Source of the DNA: Octopus vulgaris
Taxonomy: Eukaryota
NCBI GenBank assembly: GCA_951406725.2
Contig: OX597816.1
Span: forward strand, 99,696,001 to 99,760,000
DNA length: 64,000 bases
Reading direction: 5' to 3'
Below, piece after piece: positions 1-13,099 of the stretch. Within the stretch, counting starts at the first letter, position 1. Each line of letters opens with the position of its first letter. Below the pieces are notes generated by a model. That model was not told the DNA's origin. It ran no database searches and saw only the letters and a program-made list of their open reading frames with translations. Made by a program: the position numbers and the translations under genes.

Positions 1-419
1 AAGAAGAACAACAGAAAATTTATTCAGAATTTGTCAATAAATGCATAGAAATTTTCTTTAGAAAATCTTAAGTTGAATAGTGAAGACTTCATTACAGAGT
101 GAGATATGGCATCAAATCAAGACCAATTTAATTTCCAGAAAAGAAAAAGAAAACTTTAATAGATTTTTTTTCATTACTAAATTTCTCAGATCTAAATATT
201 TTTGAAGAATATTCTGTGATGGACAAAGTGAAAAGGCAAAGATTGTGAAATTTGAGCCAAAATTGTAACAGAATTTATCAGTAAAGATACTGGAAACCTT
301 AAATAAAGTTTGAAGTGTTAATTTTAGTAATTTTTCCATAATTTAAGATAAAATTATGTTACTTTGGTACAGAAATGTTAATAAGAATATCTTACATAGC
401 CAAGTTCACATAGATTCAA

Positions 420-1000
420 GTGTACCGTATCAGCAACCAAGTCTTCATATTCTATTAGTGCCATTTCTCTTTACAACCCTAATTTTGAAGTTGTACTTGT
501 CTGACAAGTGATTTCATATGAGATCGTGTTTTAGAACTTAGGTCATTACAGCATGGAAGACTTTCAAAACCATGCAGAAACTTTTAACTTCATTAATCAT
601 TTATTTTTTGGTGTCAAAATTTTCATAGCACTTTCTACAATCCGGTCACTGACCTTGTTACACTACAACTAGTTTGGAACTTGGTTACTGATCAATTTAT
701 AATGGCATCAGCATTTCAAATTAATTATTCTTTTTTTCTTTAGTGAACTTGATAGTTTCTCTATGTCTAAGAATAGCTAAAATACGTTTTCTATGCTGTA
801 ATTGCATATAATTCCACAGTTATCAGTTTCCCTTCTATTTGAGTTTGTTCTGGTTTTGATTTTAAATTTTAGTCATTTCCTGTGCTTGGATTGCTAATGA
901 TCTTCAGACAGTCATAAACATTACCAGCTTTTATTCTCAGCACAAATCCAGTTAAGCTTCAAGAATGTTTAGCCCAAGTAGCACTAAAAGAAGTTTTCAT
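420..1000 (-). mobile_element. Very degraded non-LTR (LINE) reverse-transcriptase remnant
   Basis: Minus-strand pieces read NRRETDN and LFLDIEK, resembling RT motifs (QxGFRxxRxxxD, FLDxxKAYD); many stops and frameshifts. Confidence 0.3.
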
Positions 1001-1551
1001 ATAGAAAATACATAATAATATTACTATCTATTGTCCATACTGACATCAGCTGCATTGGTGAGGAGTCAAGGTTGAGTCAACCTTGAATCCTCAAATCAGT
1101 AAGTCCAGAAGGACATGGAAATTTGAATTCTTGTATTTGTTTGATTTGCATCTAACAGTCACAAAGGCTTTTAAAATTGCCACAAAAAATATTTTGAAGA
1201 TGAAATTAATACCATGCACAAATGGTAGGGATGCATGGTAGGATAATGTTATTTTGCTTAAAAATTTATGCAAGGATAATTTTGATTAGAAACAAATTTT
1301 TTTCAGCATCACCAAGATGACAAAGAATAGAAATCCCCACTAAGCATTACTGATACATATTTCATTGACATGGGAAGAGAATTAAGATCTGGTCTAAATA
1401 TCAGAAAGAATATAAAAATATTCTACTTCACCTCTTTAACATCCTTATCTAGCACCATTATCACCTCTCTACTACCATTATCATTATCCTTGTTTATCTT
1501 ACTAATGGTATTAAATGGTTGAGAATTTATGTAAGCACATTAGGTTGTGTT

Positions 1552-1700
1552 GATAAAGATATCAAAAGGATTAGAGTCCTTACAAGTGAAGGTACATCAG
1601 CTTATTTCGATAAAGATATTAAAAAGGTCAGAAACCCCATAAACTGACTATTTTATCTTGGTAATGATATCAATAGGTGAGAATCTGTACAAATGAAACA
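1552..1700. repeat. Degenerate ~55-bp minisatellite, ~3 copies
   Basis: gataaagatatcaaaagg / gataaagatattaaaaagg / gtaatgatatcaatagg recur at ~55-bp spacing. Confidence 0.55.
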
Positions 1701-2699
1701 CACTTTACAAATACTAATGATGATGAGGATGATGATAGATGTTATCATATAAGCTGAGGCTCATCTAACTTGTATAATAAGCAAGCTGGCTTATATTGGC
1801 AATGATATCTGGTCATAATGACTGATATTGAATGCACCAAAATAATGTAAGAAATGATGTTTCCATGGGTATTTATTTGTGAATAATTTCTAAACTAATA
1901 TTCCTGATAGATTTTAGAAATAATGTTGTTTATTACTCTTTAGCTATTGGTTATTCATGTATACAGTACTGAATTGTCATACTATGTATATATATATATA
2001 TATACGTAATTGCCATTATATATACATATGTAAATGTGTGTGTGTGTGTATGTGTAAATACACATACATGGTGCTCCAGCATAGCCACAGCCTTTGGGCT
2101 GAAATGTATAAAAGAATAAAAAAGATATATATATATATACATATGCATGTATGTAAATATGTATTATTGATAAATGATCAACAGATTTATAATTAAATTT
2201 GTCACTTTATTTACTTTTTACAAATATCTAACATTTAGTAATGTTTGTATAATAAATTTCATCTGTAAATATTTAATTTATACCTATTTTGAGAGCAGAG
2301 CTAGCAGTAATAATAACATAACTGACAAATAGTTGTGACAGTAGTGTTTCACACTTCCTTACTGGCACTATGTTGTTTCTATAGCCAAGACACTTAGCAG
2401 TCAACTGATTCACACTGTAAATAATTACAAGGCATTTATCAACAAGAGAAACTTGCACAAGTTGCTGCAGTGTTCATTGGAACTCAGAAACAAGTGGTTG
2501 CAAAGCAATTCCTTATCTACACATCCATATCTACACCCACATTGAGTTCACTTTTACTTTATTGCATAAATAGATATAGTATGACAACATCATTATTTTT
2601 GCACCCACTTTTCCATGCTGATATTGGTTTGACAAAACTTATCGAAGCAGATTTTTAATTGATGGCTTATCTTCTAGTTATAGAGAATAATTATATTTA

Positions 2700-2920
2700 T
2701 CCATCATCATCATCCTTATTATCATCATTTAACATTCATGTTCCATGCTGGTATGAGTTGGATGGCTCACCAAGTATTCAATGGGTACCAGGACCACACC
2801 ATGCTCCAGTGTGTGCTTTGACATGGTTTCTGCATTTGGATACCCTTCCTAATGTCAACCATTTCACAGTGCATACTGGGTGCTGTGTTCGTTCCACTGG
2901 CACTACTGAGGTCCCCATAT
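2700..2920 (-). mobile_element. RTE-type 3' tail fragment
   Basis: catcatcatttaacattc...ttccatgctgg...gatacccttcctaatgtcaacc matches the reverse complement of the tail at 30100-30273. Confidence 0.7.
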
Positions 2921-3062
2921 AGTGCACAAGTCTACAAAATCCCATGGCAAGCAGGATGCATCCTTATATTAGAAAACGATCAAGGTATGAGAGAAAAGGT
3001 TTGTGCTGGCAGTGGTAGCTGCAGCTGGTGGTGGTGGTTTTACTGCTAATAATATCACTTAC

Positions 3063-3128
3063 TTTTGAAAGGAGCCAACAAATTTAATTAACGTTAGAAA
3101 GGGTGGAATATAACAGCAATCAACCTTG
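3063..3128 (-). CDS. Candidate exon (phase 2-2): KVDCCYIPPFLTLIKFVGSFQ
   Basis: Acceptor tttgacctgtcag, donor AAA|gtaagt, 66 nt open, non-repetitive; no transcript evidence. Confidence 0.3.
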
Positions 3129-3289
3129 CTGACAGGTCAAACTCTGTGAAGAACAATTTTCGTATTTTATCTTTCAGTAAGATAAAGATAAGTCAATAAA
3201 AATAAGTACCAGTAATATACTCAGGAGAAATCAGCCCAGTAAATAATCTTGCAGCAAAGTCTAACTTTGCTCTTAATCAAAAGAAAATC

Positions 3290-3386
3290 AATAGCAGTAG
3301 CAGCAGCAGCAGCATAAGCAGCAGCAACACCAGCAGTAGCAGCAGCAGTAATGGTGGTGGTGGTGGTGGTGGTGGTGGTAGTGGTG

Positions 3387-3427
<41 letters not shown>

Positions 3428-3430
3428 TGT
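3290..3430. repeat. (GCA)n/(GGT)n/(AGT)n compound microsatellite
   Basis: Directly visible triplet runs. Confidence 0.95.
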
Positions 3431-4157
3431 CGTCTCAAAAAAATTGTTGCTGTAGCAAGACCAAAAGCAGCAGTGATACAACAGAATTAATTAATCGTTT
3501 AAAATCTATGACATAATTACAAAGCCCATGATAACTGTAGCAACAAGTTCACATCTGATAACTTAACAAGGTTTTATCTAAAATTTTTGTATTTATTTCA
3601 TCTATTTTACTCTACATTAGCAGTTAAGGTTCATTCCAATATGTCTCTATGGTGTAGTATTTTTCTTTTGTTTTTGTTTATATTTATTCATTTATCTTTT
3701 ACTGTTGCTTTGTGATAAACATAACACTACTGAGAGAAAGCTCCAGGCATTCATTACCATTGGTGTAATGCTGTTGTTTTTTAGTGCTCTTGAAAATTAA
3801 AGGCAGAAAAGGAAATGTTCATTAGAATCATACATGTACACACGCACACATGTATGTGTCTCTGTGCTTGCATGCATGTGTACATGTATGTGTAAATATA
3901 TGTATATATGTGTGTCATATACATTATATATATGTGTGAGTGTGTGTGTGTGTATGTATGCATTTATACACTCATAAACATATTTATACATACATGCATA
4001 CAAATACAGACATGTAGGCATACACACACATGCATTCATATACATATGTATACATACATACATATATTTGCATATTCCTGTACATATTCGTATATATTTC
4101 TCAGCTATTTTAACTTTACACTTTTTCAACACATCAGAATATTTGTTTAATGTTTCA

Positions 4158-4525
4158 AGGTGGTAGTTGTGATAGTGGTGGTGGTGGTGGTGATGGTGGT
4201 GGTGGTGGTTGTGGTTGTGGTGGTGGTTGTGGTTGTGGTGGTTGTGGTTGTGGTGGTGGTGGTGGTGGTAAAATGAAGATCGCAGAGGTGGTGGCAGTGG
4301 CGGCAATTGCAGTAGTGGTGGCTGCAGTAGACGCAGCATGAAAGCAGTGGCAGCTGGGTCAGTGGTGGTGGTGGTGACAGCAACAGTGGCGCTAGTAGCG
4401 GAGGCGGCAGCAAGCAACAGCAGCACCAGCAACGGCAGTGGCAGCAGTGACGGTGGTGGTGGTGGTGGCGGCGGCGGTGGTGGTGGTGACGGCGGTGGTG
4501 GTGGTGGTGGTGGTGGTGGTGGTGG
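4158..4525. repeat. (GGT)n/(GCA)n low-complexity tract
   Basis: Triplet runs that generate the spurious poly-His/Gly/Thr ORFs. Confidence 0.95.
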
Positions 4526-5261
4526 TAGGTAGCTGATGTGATAGCAATTAATGTAATCTTCATAAATATTATCATAGATATCAATATTATCAGTGGAAGC
4601 AGCAACAACATTGTCAACATCATGTACAGTAATTATTGCTAGAAATAGTTGTAAAAATCTGACATCATCATCATCATTATTATTATTATTATTATTATCA
4701 TTACTATTATAGTTATCATTATTATTATCATTATTATTATTATTATCATTATTATTATTATTATTATTATTATTGTTATTATTAATTTAAGGGTCATTAA
4801 CTAATAAGTATTTAAATCATTGTGGAAATCAGATTTCAGATTAATTGAATGTTATTGATTAAATTGCGACATGGTTATTCTTACAGACAAGTTATTAGTG
4901 AAGGTGTAGCATACCTTTCATTCACACTTCCTGTTTCTCTACCAACAAGTATGTGTGTTTATATGCAAATATACTGAGAATTAAATGCAGACAAACCTAC
5001 ATTTTAATGCATAAAGATATATGTACGCACATTTATATTCATTTGCGTATCTACCTGTACTGGGTGTAGTAATATCATTTATTTCTTGTATATAAAGATG
5101 TTTTTATTTAAACCATATGTTTCTAGAATATATTCATTTAGTGCTTTAAATTCACACTCATTAATCTATTTATCTATCTGTGTGTGTGTATATATATATA
5201 TATAGTAACAACTACAGCATTAGACCAAGAAAACACCCACTCAAGAAAGAAAAAAAAAAAA

Positions 5262-5302
<41 letters not shown>

Positions 5303-5498
5303 TACACACATGTGGATATATATTATACATATAGAGAGAGAGGGAGTGTAAGTAGGTGAAAGCAAAAGAAGCTCAATATACAATAGATAACACAAAGCAG
5401 TGTTCAAATGGAAATGAATTTCAACTTCATTTTCTTCACTCGGGGCCAGCATCTCACATCAAAAGATAACTATAAGAGCTGCTATGGAGGTGGTAAAT

Positions 5499-5956
5499 GA
5501 GATTAACACAGGTTTGAAACACATATTTACATGGAGCACAAAATGTAACTGATAAAATGAAAAAGGCATGTAAAATCTTATCTTAACAGCTGTTTCAAGA
5601 TAGTTGTAATTTATGTAATAACCATATTTATACGTAATATGTGCTTAATATGTTAGAGGCGTGCAACCAGTAACAAGTCCAGGTAAAATTGTTAAAGCTA
5701 GGTCACTCTTTACAAGAGCAGAATGGCCATGGTACTTTTGTAAAGGGTAGCCTTACTTACTCTAACGATTCCATCTGGACTTGTTGGTTGCACACCTATG
5801 GCATCATGCATGTATAACTTATAAATATGGTTATTACATAAGTTATAGCCATCTTGAAACAGCTGTCAGGAGAGGATTTTACATTATTTTTCTTTATTTT
5901 ATAATCTGAGTTTTTGCTCCATGTAAATTTGTCTCAAGCCTAATTGTGTTTATCTC
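5499..5956. repeat. ~460-bp imperfect palindrome (MITE or inverted retroelement end)
   Basis: Left arm gagattaacac...acagctgtttcaagat...ctctttacaag is the reverse complement of right arm ttttgtaaagggt...atcttgaaacagctgt...tgtgtttatctc; short loop near 5718-5732. Confidence 0.85.
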
Positions 5957-6043
5957 CCTAACTACATCTCTCTCTTTCTTTTTCTCTCTCTCCTCTCTTG
6001 CTCTATCTCTTTCTCTACATATATATATATGTATGTGTGTATG

Positions 6044-6074
<31 letters not shown>

Positions 6075-6078
6075 TTGT

Positions 6079-6125
<47 letters not shown>

Positions 6126-6858
6126 AATAAAACAGGATTTGGGTTTAAAGTGAAGGTATCCAGGTAAAAATAATTGTGCATATCAGGTAAAAACACAAGC
6201 ATTTACACAATAGACCACTACACAGGCATCTCTGAAGACAGCTTTCAACCACAAATCCAGACAAAACAAATTCAATGCTTTTCAGGCATGTAGACAAAAA
6301 CATAAGACAACGTTGAAGACGTCAAGATTACACAGAATCATAAGTTGATTACTCTGCTTCAAAAAGGGATCTAAATGAGTTAAATTGTTTGTATAGTATT
6401 TTAGTTTATAGGACTAAGCTGATGAATTAACAGAGTTGTCAGGGCATCTTACTGAATGTTGCATGGGATTTTTTGTGACATTTTATTTCTGAAATCAACT
6501 TTAATTTCATTTTTCAAGGCTGATGAAGAAAGACAACCTGCACCAAGGTAGTGGATTAATGGAATTATTAGAATGTCAAACTAAGATGTCTTGTGATATT
6601 TGTTCAGATGCTCTGACAAATTCTACCTTGCTTCCTAAAAGCACTTACACCAGTCTGCAGGTCTAATGTGATAAGTAAGACAAATCTGTGAATCAAAGTC
6701 CAGCACTAAACAACCAAATAAATGGTTGGGATTAAGTGAATATTTAGAAAGGGAGTCCTTCTGCTAGTGATCTGTGCCCTGGTAAATATATGTATTTTAG
6801 TCAACCTTAAACAACACAGGAAGAAAATAAATAGCTAATTCCATAAAGTCTTCTAAGT

Positions 6859-7079
6859 CTGTCCTACTCAACAAGGTGGTCCGCGGACCAGTGTCGCTCC
6901 ACGAGCCATCAGCTGTCAGTACATGGCAAGTTTCCAGAAAAGAAAACAATAATAGCATAATTTCAGTAATTCTGCCTTATGCTCTGCAGTAAACAACTTA
7001 TCAGCTTATGTAAAATTGTATTATTTGTTTACAAAATAAATATAAGATAAAAAATTGTCAACTTTTATTATATTCATTA

Positions 7080-7141
<62 letters not shown>

Positions 7142-7428
7142 CAATTGAGGGTAAGATTAATTAATTATTAATTAATTTCACCAAGTGTTCAGTATGCAAA
7201 GGGACCATTTAAGGCGAATTCAAATTATTACAATATATAAAAGGGCTTAGTAAAATAAATTAGTATGCGGCAAAGTAATTTATTTTACTAAGCCCTTTTA
7301 TATATTATATATATATATATATATTGTTTCTGGTATAAATTAATATCACTAAGAAATATTACCAGTGCATGGCACATTGGTAAAAAATAATGGCTAGTAC
7401 ACCACATGAGATAGTTTGAGAAGCCCTG
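6859..7428. mobile_element. hAT (Charlie-like) MITE with an internal TA tract and insertion
   Basis: Ends ctgtcctactcaac / gtttgagaagccctg; flanks ttctaagt and ctctaggt resemble an 8-bp NTCTAGAN-type TSD. Confidence 0.7.
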
Positions 7429-7610
7429 CTCTAGGTGATTAATTAAAAGCCTGCTGAGTCACTGCTGAGAAAGCTCTCTCATTGTCTCAAGATCTTTGTG
7501 GTTCTAGATGTTGTCACTTAGTCACAGGCCAAGCCTGGCTAAGCAAACCTCTGATCAAAAGTGCTACCACCATGAACATCCCATCTTTATTCTCATGTTT
7601 TACGTATCTC

Positions 7611-7900
7611 ATCATCATCGTCGTCGTTTAACGTCCACTTTCCATGCTGGCATGGGTTGGATGGTTTGACTGAGAACTGGTAAGTCAGAAGGCTGTACCA
7701 GGCTCCAATCTGATCTGGCAAGGTTTCTACAGTTGGATGCCATTCCTAATGCCAACCACTCTGAGAGTGTAGTGGGTGCTTTTTACATGCCACCGGCACA
7801 AGGGCCAGTCAGGTGGTACTGGCATCAACCAAATTTAAATGGTGCTTTTTATGTGCCACCGGCACAGGAGTTAGTCAGGCAGCACTGGCAATGACCACAC
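7611..7900 (-). mobile_element. RTE-type 3' tail, nested in another repeat
   Basis: catcatcatcgtcgtcgtttaacgtccactttccatgctggcatgggttgg... matches the reverse complement of 29900-30273; it interrupts the repeat also seen at 49600-49810. Confidence 0.85.
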
Positions 7901-8669
7901 TAATACTACATTATCTAGTGTAATCTTAAATGTAATCTTATTCTTAAGAACATAGATGTGATTTAAGCAGCTATTTTTCTTGTAGGTCAAGTGAGAATGT
8001 AATGACTAGTTAGCTAGCAACCTTCATGTTTCTCACAGCAGCTGGAATGACCAAGAATATTGTGTATGATAGTAAACAAAAGGGAAATAACTATTCTTGC
8101 CTTGCAGGGAACAAATCTTTTAGAATATTCATGTCATGATAAAAATACAATTATACATAAAACACAAATTTCCCCCAAATTTCTGAAAGCTAAATACCAC
8201 CATACTGTGTTTTATTTTCCCTTCCAAAATATTTGAAAATGAAAACATATTGATTTTTATTTGTTCTGACAGTGATCAGGAGTTGTGATGCTGGTACTGT
8301 GTCTCTGTGTGTATTAATAGCTCTGATAAACAACAAGTCTTGAAGACATTGTATGTATTCATTCTGTAGTTGTGCTTATATACAATGTATAAATATGTAT
8401 GTACATTGTGTGTGAATATGTGTGTCTAACACAGAATCTTTGTGTCTCTTGTATATTAGAATACTTTGTGGCTTGGTAGAACCACTGAAGCATCAAACAA
8501 AATACTAAGTAGTATTTGTTCTGGCTCTTTACATTTTGAGCTCAAATACCATTGGGTCATTTATGTCTTTTATATTTCGAGGATTGATAAAATAAAGTCC
8601 CAGATCATGATGGAGAATTGACAGAATATGTGAAAATGTTTTTGCAGTATTTATTTCAGTTCTGTACAT

Positions 8670-8900
8670 TATCTTTTATTTGTTTTAGTCATTGGACTTA
8701 GGCCATGCTGGGGCACTGCTTTGAAGAGCTTCATTGAACAAATCGACACCCGCACTTATTTTTTTAAAAGTCTGGTACTTATTCTATCAATCACTAGATG
8801 CAAAACCACTAAGTTGGAAGGATGTAAACAAACCAACACTGGTTGTCAAGTAGTAGTGATGGTCAAGCACAGCACTAATATACACACAAACACACACACA
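8670..8900 (-). mobile_element. SINE family A, 3' half
   Basis: Reverse complement of the 23110-23306 segment (ggccatgctggggcac, ggtacttattctatc). Confidence 0.8.
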
Positions 8901-8982
8901 TACATATATACATACACACACACACATATATAGATATATATAGATGTATATATAAATATATATATGTATATGTATGCATATG

Positions 8983-9023
<41 letters not shown>

Positions 9024-9314
9024 GTATGTATGTATATAATTATATATATATATCCTTTAAGTTTGTTTACAACAAACGTTTTGAATATGCATATAAAAGC
9101 CTTTATTTTATTATGCTGGTACAGCCTAATGATATCTACTGGCAATAATAGTTTTTGGGGATTCCAATGAGCTGTGCTGATATAATGTAGGATAAATATA
9201 GTAATAATAATAATAATCCATGGGTGGAATTTATAAACATTTTAATGCATCACTACGTTTCTTAAGATCATAGCCAGTATTCCAGGGCTGATTACTATAC
9301 AGTTTGTAATATCT

Positions 9315-9900
9315 ATGGACATCAGGCAGATCATATTCATGAGTCTAAATTCCTCTCTAAACAGAATAAAATTGGTGATAGCAAAACATGAAGCTATTAT
9401 TACTCTTCTAAAAGATCACAAATCCAATTTGAGTAATAAGCCTAGTTGTAGACTTTTAAACCCAACAACCCTGAAGCTTGCCCACTTGAGCAGGCATGTA
9501 ATGATAAACTCCATCATATACAAGACTGAAGTTATAGCTCCAAGACAAATCAATTGAAAAGAAGAATTACATTAGGTTGTATGAGGGTGAATTGAAGAGA
9601 CATTATGAAAACCACCTATCTTCTTTCTGGCACATTGATAAAAGTAATGCAACTAAGTTGGCTAGCCACATGGAATTTGAAGAGCTGCTCCACACCACAT
9701 ACAGTTAGGTGGAGAATAGTGGAGAAATCCAAGCCATATGTTAATGGATCTAAGAAATGTAATTTATGCATAACAGAAAGATCTCATGTTCTTCTTTGAT
9801 CCAGCAATTCCAATACACTGCTTAATTCCAGATCTGAAAGTTTTAGCAGGTAGAGACACAGAGAGAGGTTTCTTTTATAAAATTGAAGGGCACCATCTGC
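9315..9900 (+). mobile_element. Penelope-like retroelement remnant (RT N-terminal piece plus GIY-YIG/C-terminal region)
   Basis: LKDHKSNLSNKPSCRLLNPT and WNLK...VRWRIVEKSKPYVNGSKKCNLCITE match typical Penelope/Neptune ORF motifs; internally deleted. Confidence 0.8.
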
Positions 9901-9974
9901 TTCAGACTGAGTTGCTGTCTTGCCTACTTTGACATATTTTTTATTTTGTTCTAAACCAGTTACATTTAATGAGG

Positions 9975-10350
9975 CAATCATGAAATTTAGTGGGAGGGGG
10001 CCAGTGAATTAGACTGACCACAGTACACAACTGGTACTTAATTTATTGACCCTGAAAGGAAGAAAGGCAAAGTTGACCTTGGCAGAATTTGTACTCAGAA
10101 AATAAAGACAGATAAAATACCTACTTCTTTACAACCCACAAGGGGCTAAACACAGAGGGGACAAACAAGGACAAACAAATGGATTAAGTCGATCACATCG
10201 ACCCCAGTGCATAACTGGTACTTATTTAATCAACCCCGAAAGGATGAAAGGCAAAGTCGACCTCAGCGGCATTTCAACTCAGAACGTAGAGGCAGACGAA
10301 ATACCGCTGAGCATTTCACCCAGTGTGCTAACGATTCTGCCAGCTCACTG
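9975..10350 (-). mobile_element. Two adjacent copies of tRNA-derived SINE family B
   Basis: Minus strand gagctggcagaatcgttagc...gactttgcctttcatcctttcggggttgattaaataagtaccag; Pol III-like head with a Nin/Deu-like central motif; other degraded copies at ~8470, 13250, 51830. Confidence 0.85.
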
Positions 10351-10607
10351 ACTTGTTTGTTTGTGCACAAACACAAGGAATGCAGCTCGGATAAAGGACA
10401 GAGGCAAAGACTACTGAAAAGGTTGCAAGACACAACGAAAATTATAGAAAAAATCAATAAGTAAATGAGTGGAAACTGAAGCGGTGAGTGTGTTAAATAA
10501 TAAGGCACTTAAAGAGAATACTCTCCCAAGACACAACAAAATATACTTCAACACACAAACTGACATAAAGAATCTTGCAAACCAAATCCAAATATATATA
10601 TATATGT

Positions 10608-10924
10608 GAAGGTGCATGGCTTTGTGGTTAGGGCATTCAGCACATGATCGTAAGGCATGAGTTCAAATCCCAGTGATGCATTGTGTCCTTGAGCAATCCA
10701 CTTTATTTCATGTTGCTCCAGTCACTCAGCTGGCAAAATTGAGTAGTACATGTATTTCAAAGGGCCAGTCTTGTTACACTCTGTGTCATGTTGAATCTCC
10801 TTGAGGACTATGTTAAGACTACACGTGTCTGGAGTGCTCAGCCACTTGCACGTTAATTTCATGAGCAAGCTGTTCTGTTGATCGTATCAGCTGGGACCCT
10901 CATCATCATAACTGATGGAGTGCT

Positions 10925-10925
<1 letters not shown>
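10608..10925 (+). mobile_element. tRNA-derived SINE family C
   Basis: A-box-like tggctttgtggttagg, B-box-like gagttcaaatccc, then gtgtccttgagcaa...atttcatgttgctccagt; related pieces at ~43240-43520 and ~49900-50140. Confidence 0.8.
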
Positions 10926-10981
<56 letters not shown>

Positions 10982-11079
10982 AATAAGCAACATTTGATTT
11001 ATATGGATAATACCATACCAAATTCTGGTGCCCTTAACTTAAATACCATATTCATCTGAATCTAAATTTTTGCTGAACT

Positions 11080-11110
<31 letters not shown>

Positions 11111-11975
11111 GTATATAATGAGAGAGGGGAGAGAGAGAGGTGGAAGGGAGGGAGAGAGAGAGAGAGATAATGATGCAAATAAACACACTTGGACTTAATG
11201 TATAAAATGTGCAAACATTCATATACATATAAATAAATATAAGGATATATAGAGTGAGAAACAAAACCTTAAAGTGTTCAGAAGATGAATATCCGTGTAT
11301 AAGAATGCGGATATTTATATATTTACAGAACAAATTTACACAAAGTACAAAAGATAAAGAAAACTAAGGGAAGAGGGCATAGTATTTCAAGTCCAACAGT
11401 TGTTTCAGCTGTTACATAATAGTTGTATTGATAGCAGATGGAGTGTGCAAAACATCAAGGATATGTAACCATTAATGGATGCATATAAACATTACCGTAA
11501 AGTTGGGCTCCATCATCAGGGAGGAGAGGTATGTGTGTGCATGTATGTATAAATATATATATATATATAAATTCACACACACACATGCACACACTGATAC
11601 ATAGGTAGATAGATATGTATGTAAAACAGATATTAACACATACACACACATACATATGTATATGTGTATGTGTTTATGTACCCATGCATGTATTACTATA
11701 TATATATAATGTATGTATGTGTGAGTGTGTATGTGTGAGTATGTGTGTGTCTCTGTGTGTATGTGTGTTAATATATACATATTTATATAAACATATATCT
11801 AACATTACTTTATATATTAAGATATAGTTCTGAGATTGACTTAATTCTATTATATACAAATACATGAAGCATTCTAAGTAAACCTTTAAAATATTCTCAT
11901 TATAGTTTGTAGACATTTATTTCTTTTGTGTGTGTGTGTGTGTGTGTGAATATATGTGTGTCTGCATATACATAC

Positions 11976-12020
<45 letters not shown>

Positions 12021-12404
12021 AATGGAGGTATGTATGTATATACATATACATACATACATATATATGTGACTGTGTGTATGTACACAGACATTGATAAATG
12101 TGTGCATATATATATGTGTGTGTGTGTGTGTTTATATATGTATGCATACACACACACACATGTATATATATATATACAAATTCATATACATATGTGTATG
12201 TGGGTATATATTTTTTTAAATGTGTGAGTTGGCTACAAGTCAACTAACACACATCAGTTTCACTCTAAGCTAAATTCATCAAAGTAGAAACATCAATGCT
12301 GAAAGTTACCTCACACAGATTATACTGAGTGGTGGTGGAGGTGGTGGCGGTGGCAGTGAGGACTGATGGAGTAGATGAGGTGTATTTGTAAGCAACATCA
12401 TTTA

Positions 12405-12575
12405 TTATCATCATCATCGTTGTCGTCATCGTCATCAACTTCATCATCATCATCATCATCAACTTCATCATCATCATCATCAACTTCACCATCATCATCA
12501 TCAACTTCATCATCAACTTCATCATCACCATCACCATCACCATTATTTTTGATATTGTCTTCATCATCATCATCA
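12405..12575. repeat. (CAT)n-type microsatellite
   Basis: Directly visible; explains the poly-D/M/S ORFs. Confidence 0.95.
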
Positions 12576-12971
12576 ATGTAATTTACCATTCCCATTATTG
12601 TAATTATCAGCATCCATACCAGCAGCAGCAATACCAATATCAATGGCACCAGAGATAGCAATAACATTTTCACCACTCTTACCATCACTAGCACAATTTC
12701 TACCAACATAACACATTTTCATTCTTCATTACAAGCACTGGAACCACAAACCACTGAGGGTACCCTTTCACATTTACTCAGCCTGTTATAAAATTAGCAA
12801 CTGAATTTCTCTGAAATTACTCTCTGCTGTAAAGGTAAATCATATTCATAAATTCAATCTAAAAAACAATATGGCAGTATACAAATGATCTGATGATCAG
12901 AGTTTGAATGTCAGTTAAAGGATATGTGAAGAGAGAATAACAGTTCCATAAAGTTAAGGCCAGTAATTCAC

Positions 12972-13099
12972 TCTTCTTGTTAAATGGATAAGAGATAAAT
13001 TTCGCTAAGATAGGATGTGGAACAGTTTTAGCTATTTCCCCAGCCAAGACTGTTTTTCTTTTACTTGTTGAGTTTGGGAGAACAGGCATTGCCCATGAC
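12972..13099 (-). CDS. Candidate exon: SWAMPVLPNSTSKRKTVLAGEIAKTVPHPILAKFISYPFNKK
   Basis: Acceptor ttgtttgtgaag, open non-repetitive frame (extends to a stop at 12859); weak donor, so the lower boundary is uncertain. Confidence 0.3.

Noticed and set aside
3797-4623. 211-aa and 158-aa poly-His/Thr/Gly ORFs
   Set aside because: Translations of (GGT)n and TA/CA microsatellites, open in several frames with no domain content.
12265-12709. Asp-rich ORF resembling an acidic biomineralisation protein
   Set aside because: Arises from a (CAT)n repeat open in multiple frames; no convincing splice or signal context.
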